Positions 39,249 to 51,475 of a stretch of 61,848 nucleotides of DNA are shown here, one piece after another. The stretch's first letter is position 1, and each line of letters begins with the position of its first letter. Where the stretch lies: assembly GCA_001938485.1 (NCBI GenBank), contig MQRK01202286.1, positions 4,257 through 66,104 of the forward strand. The letters run 5' to 3'. Origin of the DNA: Girardia tigrina. Lineage: Eukaryota. Under the pieces are notes generated by a model. The model worked only from the letters and a program-made list of their open reading frames with translations, was not told where the DNA came from and did no database searches. The position numbers and the translations under genes are program-made.

Positions 39249-39437
39249 TCAATCACTTAACTCACAATTATGACCATTATCTTCTGCAGAGGTCATTCTT
39301 GGTCTTCCTGATTCTTTTTTTCTCTCAAAAAGTGTTCTGTTCTCCTGCCAGCTATTTGGTAATCTGCTGTACTTTCTGAAGGCTGACGATGTTCTCTGCT
39401 CCCCATCTTTCAACAAGAAAGCAGCGGATTTCAGCAT
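39249..39437 (-). mobile_element. Tc1-type transposase N-terminal fragment
   Basis: RKKESGRPRMTS (GRPR motif). Confidence 0.5.
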
Positions 39438-39653
39438 TTAGAACGTTATTTCATGTTACAGTTGCTAAAAAGAAATGTTTCAGGCGAAATCATATAACCA
39501 ACTCTAATCAATTTATTTAAATTTGAATCTTAAATTAAAAGTTCTCCAATTTTGTTAATGATCTAGTTTTGGAAATTTATCTTAGTAATTTAAAATTTTA
39601 TCTTTAGGTATTTTCGTACCGTTAAAAACTAAATTGATTTGGTCGGTACTTAG

Positions 39654-40106
39654 TGTTAAGAGAACTCACACATTTGACAGAACATTTATTACATTCACAT
39701 TTCTTATCATCTTTATGATGATCAATAGTATTGCTTTCACTATAATCCATCACTCAATTTTCAATATCTCTCATTATAATCTGAATTATACTTGAGAAAA
39801 TTATTTTAATTAAAAATATTTAATTTAAATTTTATTGGCTTAAATAAAATATTTCTATAGTCATTTTTAGACATTAATTTGATTTTAATTATTTAAAAAT
39901 TAAAAAAAATAAAATCAATAAAATTATTTAAAAGTTGAAATAGTAAAAATTAAAAATTTGGATATTAAATCTAAAATTAAATAAATTAGTTTCAGATTAT
40001 AAGAATTAAAATATTGATCATCCATCTGGTTAGGAGAGGCACAATCCCAAATCAACACACAACATTTAAACATGCAAATACAAGTACACACCAAATATTC
40101 CTCACA
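39654..40106 (-). mobile_element. Solo LTR, Gypsy family A
   Basis: TG...CA termini; 5-bp TSD CTTAG (39649-39653, 40107-40111). Confidence 0.92.
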
Positions 40107-40677
40107 CTTAGATAAATAATACTTTCTCAATTTGTTAAATTTAAAAATTGAATAACATGAAGAAACTGAATAATTTGCAATATTTACTCCAATCTGTAGA
40201 TGTTGAATTAAGTGTAAATAAATTTGTAGATGCTGATTTAACTTTAGTAACAGACAATATGTTTGCTGAAGAATTTAAAAGGGTGCGGTTGAATTCATGA
40301 CTTATGAAAAATATCAAGATGATGAACTTGAAGATGAAGTGCATCTAATACTAATGTAAGCAGGGACCAACTACCATTGAAATAATATAATTTGCAAAAG
40401 GATTTCTTGATCAGTTTTTGATTAGCATTTAAGCTTTGATCTATTGGACAAGATACAATACCAAGCTCAAAATGAGTAGCTATATTCCACCAACCATTAT
40501 AAAATTCTTTTGTATTTTTATTTGTTTGCAATATACATAATTATCTTTGTTTATGGGACGGAGAAAAATTTTTTTGTAATTAGAAATCAATTTCTTATTT
40601 TCCATTGAAAGACATGTAGAAAACTGTAAATAAATAAATTTATTATTAAAATTTAATTAAATTAAAGACTTTATGGT

Positions 40678-40960
40678 TGTGAGGAATGTTCTCAATTGTT
40701 TGCTGTTTTATGATTTGCATGTTGTATGTTGATTCGGATTGTGTCTCTCCTATACAGATGACTGATTGATATTTTCTTTGATTCCTACCAATTGAAAATA
40801 ATTTAATTTAATTTTAGAGTACAAATATTTAAAATATTTTTCAAATGTAATATTTAATTTTTTAATTTAATTTAAAATTTTAATGTTTTAATTTAATTTG
40901 TACTTCTTTTTTAAAAACGTTTTGATTTGCTTTTAATCAATGGAAGTTTTAAAAAATTAA
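40678..40960 (+). mobile_element. Partial LTR of a related Gypsy family
   Basis: Starts TGTGAGGAAT and carries GGATTGTGTCTCTCCTATACAGATG; 3' end undefined. Confidence 0.55.
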
Positions 40961-41979
40961 TTTATATTATATTTATTTTCCCGCTTGTTTTCAAACACTA
41001 GATGGTCCACAAAAGATATTAATCCAGGAAGATTTCGTATAGTGAAAGTGATTTGATGAATTGTTGGAGTGACAATTCTATTTGTAATAATAATAAATGT
41101 TTAAAAAAATCATATTGGCTTAAAATTGTAATTTATTTTTATAAAAATTATATCAAAATATTAAAGAAAAAAATTTGTATTTTTAAAACCGAAATTGAGT
41201 TTTAAAAATATTTTACACAAAAAAACATTTTTTAAAATACCGAAAATTCAATTCTTTTAAATCATTTAACAAATTTATAGTAATGTAAAATTAATAAAAA
41301 TACGATACTCGCTATGAATATATATTTTGTGTGATATTAATGAACATAACTAAGCGATATTATCTCTCATCTAGATGTCTCAACAAACTTTATAATTCAA
41401 AATATAATAAAAATATGTTTGTGTATTGATTTGTTGTTTTATATTTCACGTAACAAATAATGATCAAGAAACTTGATCAGGAAAACTCAGGTTGGAGCCA
41501 TTGACTGAATATTATTTAATTGTATTATCAATTCTTTTCAATTGATCGGAATCGATAGGGCCACTGTTTTCTAATGCGAACCACTTAAACCTAAACTGAA
41601 TGATGTTTCACTATCATAAATTGTTTAAATTTCAATTTTCAAAGTTTATTTTCAAATTAAATTTTTTAAAAAATCATAAAAAAACAAAAACTCTTTTAGT
41701 TTTGAGCTATAATTATGTTGGAAAAATTGGGCTTGTCCATAGCTCAGGCTTTCTTATCAGACATACCAAATAATTCTTATAAAGTAAAGGTTTTATTAAT
41801 CATCTTTTCAATAAAATATATAGTTAGACGTCAGGCGTAACGAAATAATTCTCGCTGTTATTAGCGCATTTTCTCATGTGAAAAAAATGCGCTATTGTAT
41901 TCATCATGTCCGTATATGTATGTATATGTTTATCACAGCAAATTACGGGTACCTTGTTCGTCCAAGACTCCATAAACTA

Positions 41980-42446
41980 ACGGATAACATGAAATAGTAG
42001 GACACCTACTATTTTAATAGTAGGTGGAAAAAAAATTGAAAAGGCGCCCAATATTGGTTTACACCTACTATTTGGTGCTTTTGTTTTGAANNNNNNNNNN
42101 NNNNNNNNNNNNNNNNNNNNNNNNNNNNNNNNNNNNNNNNNNNNNNNNNNNNNNNNNNNNNNNNNNNNNNNNNNNNNNNNNNNNNNNNNNNNNNNNNNNN
42201 NNNNNNNNNNNNNNNNNNNNNNNNNNNNNNNNNNNNNNNNNNNNNNNNNNNNNNNNNNNNNNNNNNNNNNNNNNNNNNNNNNNNNNNNNNNNNNNNNNNN
42301 NNNNNNNNNNNNNNNNNNNNNNNNNNNNNNNNNNNGATACACCTACTATTTGATTCCACCTACTATTTTAATAGTAGGTGGAAATTTTTTTGAAAACTTC
42401 ATTACACCTACTATTTCATGTCCACCTACTATTTGATGTTATCCGT
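41980..42446. mobile_element. TA-flanked MITE/foldback element spanning a gap
   Basis: TIR ACGGATAACATGAAATAGTAGG / CCTACTATTTGATGTTATCCGT, TA flanks, many internal ACCTACTATTT units. Confidence 0.8.
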
Positions 42447-43100
42447 TATATATTTTTGAAAAGGGCTCGTCAACAGCAATCCGCACATTTTTTTTCAGTT
42501 TTCTGGAGATTGAAGAAATATCAGGCAGAAGTCTTCATCTACGAGTGCTACGTCAGCTATCATAAGCCATTTGTTTTAAGAGTTTTCGATGTCTAGTTAT
42601 TAACAAATGTATTTTTGAAAAGAAAAGGAAAAAATAAAAAAATAAATAAATCGAATCTTGTGTTTTTTGTCAAAGTTTTCTTTCAGGTTGAACATTTAAA
42701 GAAACTTTCATGCATTTTTTTAAACTGGTTTTTTGTAAAATACTAATGTCTCTATGATATTAACCATTTCATAGACCAACCGCAGTATAATGCACTTTTC
42801 TCAGTATAAAATACCAATCACAGTTTAATAAACCATTCGCAACATATTATACCTATTGGGTTCGTGATTAAAATTCAAAGTCATAATTAGCAAACTTTAT
42901 TTCTAATACAACTTTCATTATTCAAACAAATTTATGAGGAACAATATTTCAGTTACATGATCCAGATCTTAAAATTCCAAATATTAATAATAATATCGAT
43001 GTATAAATATATATATTTTATTTTATTCAATTTTGCATAAATCATATTTTGTTTTGTTTTATTTATTTTTTTACAATGTTTATTAATGGAAATATAAATT

Positions 43101-43761
43101 TAGATCTTTAAAAATATTTTAATGGACATATCGTGTAAAAATTCGATTCCTAAATAATTTTTCTTTAATTTTAAATCATTCGATTATAATTTTTTTAAAT
43201 AAAACTTTCCCATTGACAATTAAATTCAATAAAACATTATGATTTTATTTTTAACAATGTTACAAGATATATCAAAATCTTCTTTACAATATTCTTTACT
43301 CCGAAGCTGTTATTTTAATTATGAATTTTTAAAACTTAATTTTTATAAAAAATTGTCCCAATTTAATTAAAATATTATCATTATGCTATAATTTTTTACA
43401 AAAATTATTTCATTTTAATTAGTAAAATGCTATCTGTGAACCATAATTTTTACAAAAATTATTTCAATTTAATTAGTAAAAATATTACCTATAAAATATA
43501 TTTTTTTATGAAACCTTATTTATTTTAATTAGTAAAAATATTATCTATAAACTTAAATTTTTTATTTAAAAAATTATTTCATTTTAATTTATCTAAAATA
43601 TAAATATGATTTTTAATTTTAAAAAATCAAAAAAGTTTAAAGTTCACCAAAAGGAACCCCAACAATACCATTAGCAGTATAATGTAATATTCGCAGTAAA
43701 AAACTATTTAGAAAAAGAGCAAATGCGCTGTACGTCACTCATCGCAGTGAGTAATGATCTA
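43101..43761 (+). mobile_element. Helentron/DINE-like non-autonomous element, copy 2
   Basis: TAGATC start; ~55-bp AT-rich tandem repeat at 43385-43590; 3' CTGTACGTCAC plus hairpin ACTCA-TCGCAG-TGAGT, then AATGATCTA. Confidence 0.5.
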
Positions 43762-44069
43762 TATTTTTCTTACTTTATTTTAATTATTAAGTTTGAACGA
43801 AAGTTTCGTCAATTATTAAAAATCTGTAAATAAATTTTCAAAAATGTTTTTGACCAGAAAACGCCAGAGTTTTACTGCTACGGAATTTTCTATTGCAGCC
43901 TCGTTGTAGAAGAACAATCGAAAGTAATGGCGATAACATTAATGAAAACGACCCCTTGCTATTGTAAAAATTTCATTTTAAATAAAATGTTAATTTACTG
44001 TTAATATTGTTAAATAATACTGTTAAATGTTAATATCGAACGAAATGGGTCATTGAAAGATAGTCAATA

Positions 44070-44320
44070 ATCAGGCTGAAGTTTTTCGACACAGTTCGAG
44101 TCGTATGTGAATGTTGAGAGACTGAAGAGTTAACAATGCTGTGATATCGTTTTCGACGTTGAGGTTTTATTGGAATATAGTAGTCATGGCAATCCGAAAA
44201 TGTCGCTTCAACATCCCGGGAGTCGGCTTTCTTCGGGTATGATAATAATTTATTCCCCGGTCTATAGTCTGCCCCAAACACTGGAATGTCGCAGCCACGC
44301 AAGTTCTGCTATCACCATTT
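44070..44320 (+). mobile_element. Gypsy RT fragment
   Basis: KCRFNIPGVGFL resembles KC.F....V.FLG; disrupted. Confidence 0.4.
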
Positions 44321-44417
44321 TCTTCAACTTTATTTAAAGTATTTTTATGAAATTACATAATGAGTGCATAGACATTGCTTCAGTCTATAAATGTGAATAT
44401 ATTATGGTTAGTGTAAT

Positions 44418-44444
44418 CTGATGATGATGTTTAATCCGTCGAAA
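44418..44444 (+). ncRNA. Minimal hammerhead ribozyme core (Penelope pLTR remnant)
   Basis: CTGATGA-T-GATG..CCGTC-GAAA; ACATAATGAGT directly repeated on both sides. Confidence 0.6.
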
Positions 44445-44899
44445 TTAAGAACTACATAATGAGTATTTATTTAATGGCAGATAAGAATGATATTTTGTCA
44501 ATATCAAATAACAACAAATTATACCACAATATTTTGGAATATGGAAAATCTCCCCAAGGGCCTACTAGTGTTTTATTAATGAATAAACAAAGACTATTGT
44601 GCAAAATATTTTGATCCATAATACGTGTCGAACCCGTCAGTTTTAATAAAAATATTTTCTAAAAAATAATTTTCCAATTGAGAGTACGAAATAAACAAAT
44701 TCTAGAAATATGTATTAAATTATTTTACAATAATATGGCGTTACAAATTCTGCATTACAATATATACTAAAATTAAAATCAAAAATAATGAGGGTTGATT
44801 TTTTTAATTTATTGATCAAAATTACATTTTAGATAGTTTATATCGTAAAAGTTAAAATTAATTGCAATAATTAGTCGAAGGTCGTGTGTAAAAGAACTA

Positions 44900-45318
44900 A
44901 AGTTGGTTCCTCTTTCACGGACAAAATTCCATTCCAAAAATCAACGGGACGGAACAGCCAAAATAAATGGGACAATTTTTTGTAAGCAAAAATTTATAAT
45001 ATTAAATAAGATATATTTTATATAGAATAAGAGACAAATATAAAAAAATTGTATATATATTTTGTAAAAAAATAGTTTTTTTTATTTCAATATTATCAAG
45101 TCTAATTATAATTGAATTATTTTTGTTATGAAGTATGAAATAATTAACTGTTCGTATATTTTCAATTAATAATTTTTATAAATATTTTGTGTTTTTGATG
45201 AAAAATATAAATTTATAGTATTATATTTTTAAAGTTTAATTTAAGAAGTCGTTATAATAAAAAAATATGTAACGGGACAAAATACTGAAATTTTGTTCCG
45301 CGAAATGCGAACCAACTG
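44900..45318. mobile_element. Tc1/pogo-type MITE
   Basis: Imperfect ~30-bp TIR (A/C)AGTTGGTTC...GGA.CAAAATT with TA flanks and an AT-rich interior. Confidence 0.65.
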
Positions 45319-45831
45319 TAGAATGTAAAGGTAATTCAGAACAATGCCTTAAATTTTATATAAAAAAATAATGATATTAATTTTAATATCGATTTGTAAA
45401 TAATATTTTAAAAATAACAATTTATGTAAGTGAACTTCACATTTTTGTGAGAAATCGTCAGCCATCCGTCAGTATATCAATATAATAACGCGTCTGGAAC
45501 CAGCCAACCGTGAATTTTAAGTATTCTAAGTAAATAAGTTGAATTATTCTATTCATAATATTCTAAAGTTCTTCTTAAATTAAACTTTAAAAATATAATA
45601 CTATAAATATTTTACATATTTAATTACTTTGGGACTGCAAGAGGTTTGCGTAAGACATATGTTGTTTTATTGGGAGTATCCTTGTTAACCCTGTTTTTGA
45701 TTGAAAAACATGTTTGTTCAAGTGTGATTTAATTTAATTTAACCCTAATATGAGCAAATAATTTATAAAGTCCACAAACTTCCTTCGGATTTTGTTTAAA
45801 GTATTTTTGTATATTTATTAGAGTATACATA

Positions 45832-46600
45832 CGTGGGTTGCCAAATTATTATGGACACTTATTTTTTTTTGAAATTTTAACTTAAAATTAATTTTTTGAG
45901 TAAACAAAAAGTTTAAAGTCTTATGGTTTTTTTAATTTAGCAAAGTGTTTGCTTAGAAAAACGAAGTCAAATTTCAAAAAAAAATATTACAAATAATGTA
46001 TGAAAAGTGATATGAAGACGATAGATATAATTTTATTAAAAAAAACTAATATTTTGTAAAACCGCCATTTTCTCGAATTACGGCTTCTGTGCGTCGTGGA
46101 ATATTTTCTATGCAGATTTTAACAGTGCCTATGAGAACTAGGGTATGATTCTACACTCTGTTAATGGTTTCTATTAGCTGTTGCTTGGTTGCTATGACTT
46201 GTTTAGCTATTACCCTTTTTTGTGATTTTCCACATGTGTTCGATTCCCTGGCCAGGGTAAGACTAACATTTTTTTCATCTAGAAAGGTAGTGACTCTTCT
46301 GGCTTTGTGACAAGGTGTCGAATCGTGCATAAAGATATAACCTTCCTCATTTGAGAACCATTCTTCCAACTGAGGAAGAAGAAGAGTTTCCAGCAGTTTC
46401 TGGTATTGTTTCTTTCTCATCGTCCCTTCCACAATGTGCAGAGGTTCCAAACCCCTGATCGCAGTTTCAAAAAAAATAAGTGTCCATAATAATTTGGCAA
46501 CCCACATATATATACTCTAATAAATATACAAAAATACTTTAAACAAAATCCGAAGGAAGTTTGTGGACTTTATAATTTGATCGCAGACCACAGTAGGACA
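45832..46600 (-). mobile_element. Tc1 3' half, interrupted by an inverted templated insertion
   Basis: TIR CGTGGGTTGCCAAATTATTATGGACAC after TA; VLLWSAIRGLEPLHIVEGTM...IFMHDSTPCHKAR. Confidence 0.8.
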
Positions 46601-46601
46601 C

Positions 46602-47848
46602 TTATGTCACGACACCTTTTCTATAAGGCATTCCTTGAGGAGCTGCTCTCCTTGGTGCCGTCGGACGAAGCAGCATTTGTCCACCAAAATTTGAAACGTG
46701 GACTCTTCGGAGAAGCAGACCTGTAAAATGATACCATAGTGTCAGGAGGTCTGTATGGTTGGTTATTGCTCTCCTGACTTCCCACTTCATTTTGCAAAAA
46801 ACGGATCAATTGGATTGAGAAATGGAGAATATGGAGGCAAATTTACCATTTCATGGTTGGAGAAAGTATTGAAGTGAATTTTCGCATTATCCTGGATTAA
46901 ACAATGCGGTGTCCCTGGCAGAATGCTCGATAAATCGTTTATGAACGATTGATATTTGGCATGATCCACACTGCCACAGTATAATTTAAATAGCAGGATA
47001 CCATTCCTGCCTATTGCCATAATGAGGGACATATTTTTCCCCCTGTTTGTTGGAATGACAATATTCACCGGAATGCCTTTCTTTGAACGACCGATTGGCG
47101 GTTGGTCCATAGATTGAATCCAATTTCATCAATGTAAACACATTACTCATTCGCCAATCTTCATTCATAAATCGGCAGGCATATTGAAATCTAAGATCCT
47201 TCACTCGATCTGAATTTCGTTCTTGGACGAAGCTCCTGATCTTCTTAACGGTTATTAATTTACCGGTGAGGAAGCGGGTAATTGTAGATTCCGATATATT
47301 GATTTCGCTGTTTTCCTCAATATACCTTTTCATCTCTCCCAACGTCGATTGCGGTTTCACCACCACATACCGAATGATCGTCTCGGCGATTTCGTCGGTA
47401 ATAATGGATTTCTTGTGGCCTCCATGTTTACCGACCGATATGAAACCGCATTTTTGATATTTGTATACGATGTTCTTGGCAGATGATTGGGATATATCGA
47501 GCTGCCTTGCCAGAGTCAAATAGTCCTCTGACATATTGTAGACTCTGACGAGTCTTTCTTTGTCTATTAGACTTATTCTGGAATAATTTTTTTATTTTAA
47601 TTTGAAATTGAAAATAAAAATTACGATTTTCGAGTTTTTTTATCCGACATGGTTCTGTTTTTGGCTGTCTTCGGAATCACCGCTATGATTATTTAATAAA
47701 ATATCATGATTGACAATAAAGTATCATATTTCAGTATCATCGGTACTGCTAACGGGGGATAAATTGTAATTTTGCATCATTTTGTAAATTTAAATTTTTT
47801 ACTCTTAAAGTTTGGATTCACTCTTAAATGCTGGCAAAACAGGTGTGT
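46602..47848 (-). mobile_element. IS630/Tc1-like transposon (frameshifted transposase)
   Basis: HTH N-terminus (ORF 46986-47534), FIDEIGFNL, LIQDNAKIH, LPPYSPFLNPID; putative 5' terminus near 47848. Confidence 0.85.
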
Positions 47849-48639
47849 ATGAGATAAGTATGAGGTGTGTTTTTGTTTCTGTATGTATTTATTGTATGTG
47901 TGTTTTGTGTGTATGAGGGGTAGAACATTTTTTTTCTATAATTTACACTATTCTTAAATGCGGTGAGTTATTTTTATCATCTGTTTAAACGTATTTTATG
48001 ATTTTTAATTGGCTATTTATTTTTAGATTACCAATTTTCATTTGGATTTTATTATCGAAGGCTGGTATTTCAATGTTAATTGCAAGCGACTGTAATTAAA
48101 AATCCAGCATTTAATACAAAAACATTTTTACTATTAAAATTATAATCGTCATATCAAAAAAAAGTTTTATTGGCTCCTTTAACAAAGCTGATATATTTTG
48201 GTGATTAATTTAATGTAAATTATATGTTTAATAAATAAATAGATAAATTTCATTACCTTTTTTAAGAAAGACAAAACATCTTTGTCATAAATATAATCAT
48301 ATTTTTCTTATTAAATCCTGCATTTGGATTATTAAATACAAGCAACTGTATATTATAATACTTATTTGAGTTATAAATAAAATACACATATCCCAGATTC
48401 ATCATCGACATAACAAGATTAATCAATAGTTAAAAAATATTTATATATAGGGTTTTTGAAAGGCACTATTTTTTATAAGAATGCAAACAAATTAATTATG
48501 TTTTAACTTTAGCTTTTTTAAAAAAATATTGTTTATAATTAGGAATACTGTTATTTTTCTTTTCGAATAAAGTTATTCATATTTTGAAATAAAGTTGTTA
48601 AAATTTTGGAATAGAATAATTTATATTTTGGAGTAACTT

Positions 48640-49790
48640 TATAATGTTAGGATATCTTGCTTTCCGCATCCTTTTCCTAGCTCAAATAATAAAATAATTC
48701 CAGATTTGAATTCTTCTTTCTTTCTTTTGGACATTAGGCTTTGACTGTGGGTGCACGCAATAATTCATAAGCTTTCACCAATGCTCTATATTTTCAGCCG
48801 CTCTTTTCAAACATTCCAAGTTCCATCGGCTCCATTATTTTAAAGTCATCTTACCATTGACTATGATTTTTTCTTGGTCTTTTTCCTTCTACTATTTCTT
48901 CAATCAAAACTTTTACTGGTGCCTGTTTTCGCATCTGATGTCCATAGGATTTCTGATTCCTTGATGGTATTTTCAATTGATTCTGGTCTTTAACCTAGTA
49001 TGTCTGTCTCTCTCTTCCAGAAACAAATGGTTTGTTTTCTGTTCTTTCTATGTAATCTACAGCATTCTCCTGCAGAGTTTCATTTCAAATTCTTTAAGTT
49101 TAGCCATGCTCTTCTAATTTGTTGTTCAATTCTCGCATCTAAACTTTATATAGATAAATGCGGCCTAGTGCTCTTCATTCTGCTTTGGATGTTGATTTTT
49201 CAGAATTAAAACTATGCTTGTTGCAATACCAATCCTTTTTCGGGTTTCTTCTTCCATTCCTTCATTCTCAGAGATGGGTAAAACATAGGTATTTAAAATT
49301 CATAACTTCTTATAGCTTTGCCCCATCAATGTCGATCTAAGGTTTAACCTTGTTGTTACGGTTTCCTGAAACTATTACTTTGCTTTTTTCTATTGTTGAT
49401 TTTCATTGTAAATTTCTTGGAGACTTTGTGCGTCTGTTCGTAAGATTCTGTTTCATGAAAATTCTATCAAGGAAAAGGTTTAACAGTGTTGGTGAAGAAT
49501 TCAACATTGTCTTACTCCTATTGATGATTTAAATCAGTCAAAAAATGAATCACTTGTAAACACTTTGATCTTTCTGTCTTCATAAAAGCTTTTGATAATT
49601 CTTGAAAATGTTTCCCAATGTTGTGCTTATTTATTTATTTATACTGTGAGATAATAAAGTTATGATAAATTATTCTTTCGTGATCGCTGGTATTCTCAAA
49701 AATCAACATCAGGTTGGTTATCTATTCCATTGAGATGTAGTCTTTCCTGAATCCTGTCTGCATCTCATTAAAACTTGCTTTACTTGCAAT
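48640..49790 (-). mobile_element. RTE-clade LINE reverse-transcriptase remnant
   Basis: Reverse-strand pieces GFRK, SPTLLNLFLDRI, EVMNFKYL, RKRIGIA, EFEMKLCRRML; many lesions. Confidence 0.7.
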
Positions 49791-51016
49791 GTAATTCTTA
49801 AAAAATGATCCAAATTTTTCAACTAAAATATTAAAAGACTAGAACTTTGTGGACACCCTGTAGTCAGGTCACTAAAAAGTTAAGAGATGGCAATGTTTAT
49901 ATGATAATGAAATACTTATTCCCAATTAATTATATGATGGTTTTTATGCATTAGGAAACCATTATTCAACGGACAACAAAAAAAGTAAATAAAATAATAT
50001 CTAAATAAAATGTATATTGAAATCACTAAATTTCAATCTTTTTTGATGACTTTTTATTTTGAACTAAGTACGTCTTACTTTCAATAGATATAAATCTGTT
50101 TTACTCGATGTTTAACTTTAAATCTTACTTTTTGATGTAATATAGTTCGGAAGGATCTCATTACCTTTCTTTCTTTTTATTCTGAAATGGAGGGGACCAT
50201 TGCGACAACGAATTGGTGATGAATATGGGGAACCCTGGAATATTACCCTTTCTGTCTTCATTGTCGAATGCCTTGGGTCATGGCTACATGACAATGAGGA
50301 TATATTAAAATTACTATAATTGCAGAAGAGGAAAAATACAATTGCCACTGCTTATGTTATTGCTAATATAAAGTGGTCATAACTGCAGATAGATTGTATT
50401 CCAAGACAGAAACAACCACCTCTGATCACAATCGCCGTGATTATGAAGACAAGAGCGACGAGGACCAAGACATGCTAGAGTAACAAACAGCCGAAACCTG
50501 ACCAAAACATGGATTAGAATATGACGTTATCCATCAAAACTGTTAATATAAATAAATAATATTGTTCGAACAACCTTACACCCAATCTCAAGCTATCAAG
50601 ATTGTGACTTCCATTTCGGATAAAAGTAGACAATGTGAAAGAATTTGTGGTCCACTAGATTCATAAAACACTTTTGCTTTGCAGAAGAAAGAGGAAAACC
50701 TTACACAACTATAAAACTCTAAAGTCCGTAAAAGGTTTATGTCGAAAAACATATTTTCATTCGTCATTAACTTGTAATTTAATAATTTACTCAAATTTAA
50801 ATATCTATTTCGAGTTGTTTTAAATAATGAAATGAAAAATCTTAAGAAGTTTCAGGCTTCGAATGTTTTATTAAAATCTGATGGTAAAATAAAAATAATA
50901 ATCGAATCGGTAAAGCATTTTTAGAACTTAAATGAGAAGGTAACCAAAATTAGATCACTGACTGGTAAAATAAACTGTAAATATGAAGGTATGATTAAAA
51001 TAAAAGTCAATCTTAG

Positions 51017-51395
51017 TTAAGGCATAGCTGTGATTCTCTGTTCAAGATCGTTGAGTTCTTTGAGAATTTCTGCGGGTAAATCATCGTTTAGTTGTTCTTC
51101 GAAATACTTTCTGATTTCTTTCACTTCGGTTTGCCAAAATGGTTTGGAAATACTCAACACTTCTTCTAAATCGGCTTTTGTCATTTTCAACCCGCTAATA
51201 TTTATGTCATCAGGTTTCGGTAGTAATCCAATCGGTGTTTTTACAGCTTCCACCTCGTTACTTAATCTTCGTATTATCCATTCGAGTACTCGGCAATTAT
51301 CCCCAAAACCGGGCCAAAGAAATTCTCCCTTGGACGATTTTCGAAACCAATTGACATGGAATATCTTAGGAACTTTCGGATACTTTTTACCGAGG
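51017..51395 (-). CDS. PCK: Phosphoenolpyruvate carboxykinase (GTP), terminal exon
   Basis: PKIFHVNWFRK...FLWPGFGDNCRVLEWI...TPIGLLP...FWQTEVKEIRKYFEEQLNDDLP to stop; TTTAG acceptor at 51396-97; no upstream exon recognised in the window. Confidence 0.93.
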
Positions 51396-51475
51396 CTAAA
51401 CATACAAATAAATTAAATAAATTATTTTGCAAGACATAATTTAACAAAATTGATGACTTGATTTGAATCTATTTT

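Noticed and set aside
41995-42435. Repeated ACCTACTATTT units as a CRISPR-like array
   Set aside because: Irregular spacing, both orientations, inside TIRs: subterminal transposon repeats in a eukaryote.
41977-42436. ORFs containing X runs (also 6270, 56294-56646, 60803)
   Set aside because: Artefacts of N gaps and (TA)n tracts.
51030-51416. 128-aa plus-strand ORF
   Set aside because: Antisense shadow of the PEPCK exon.
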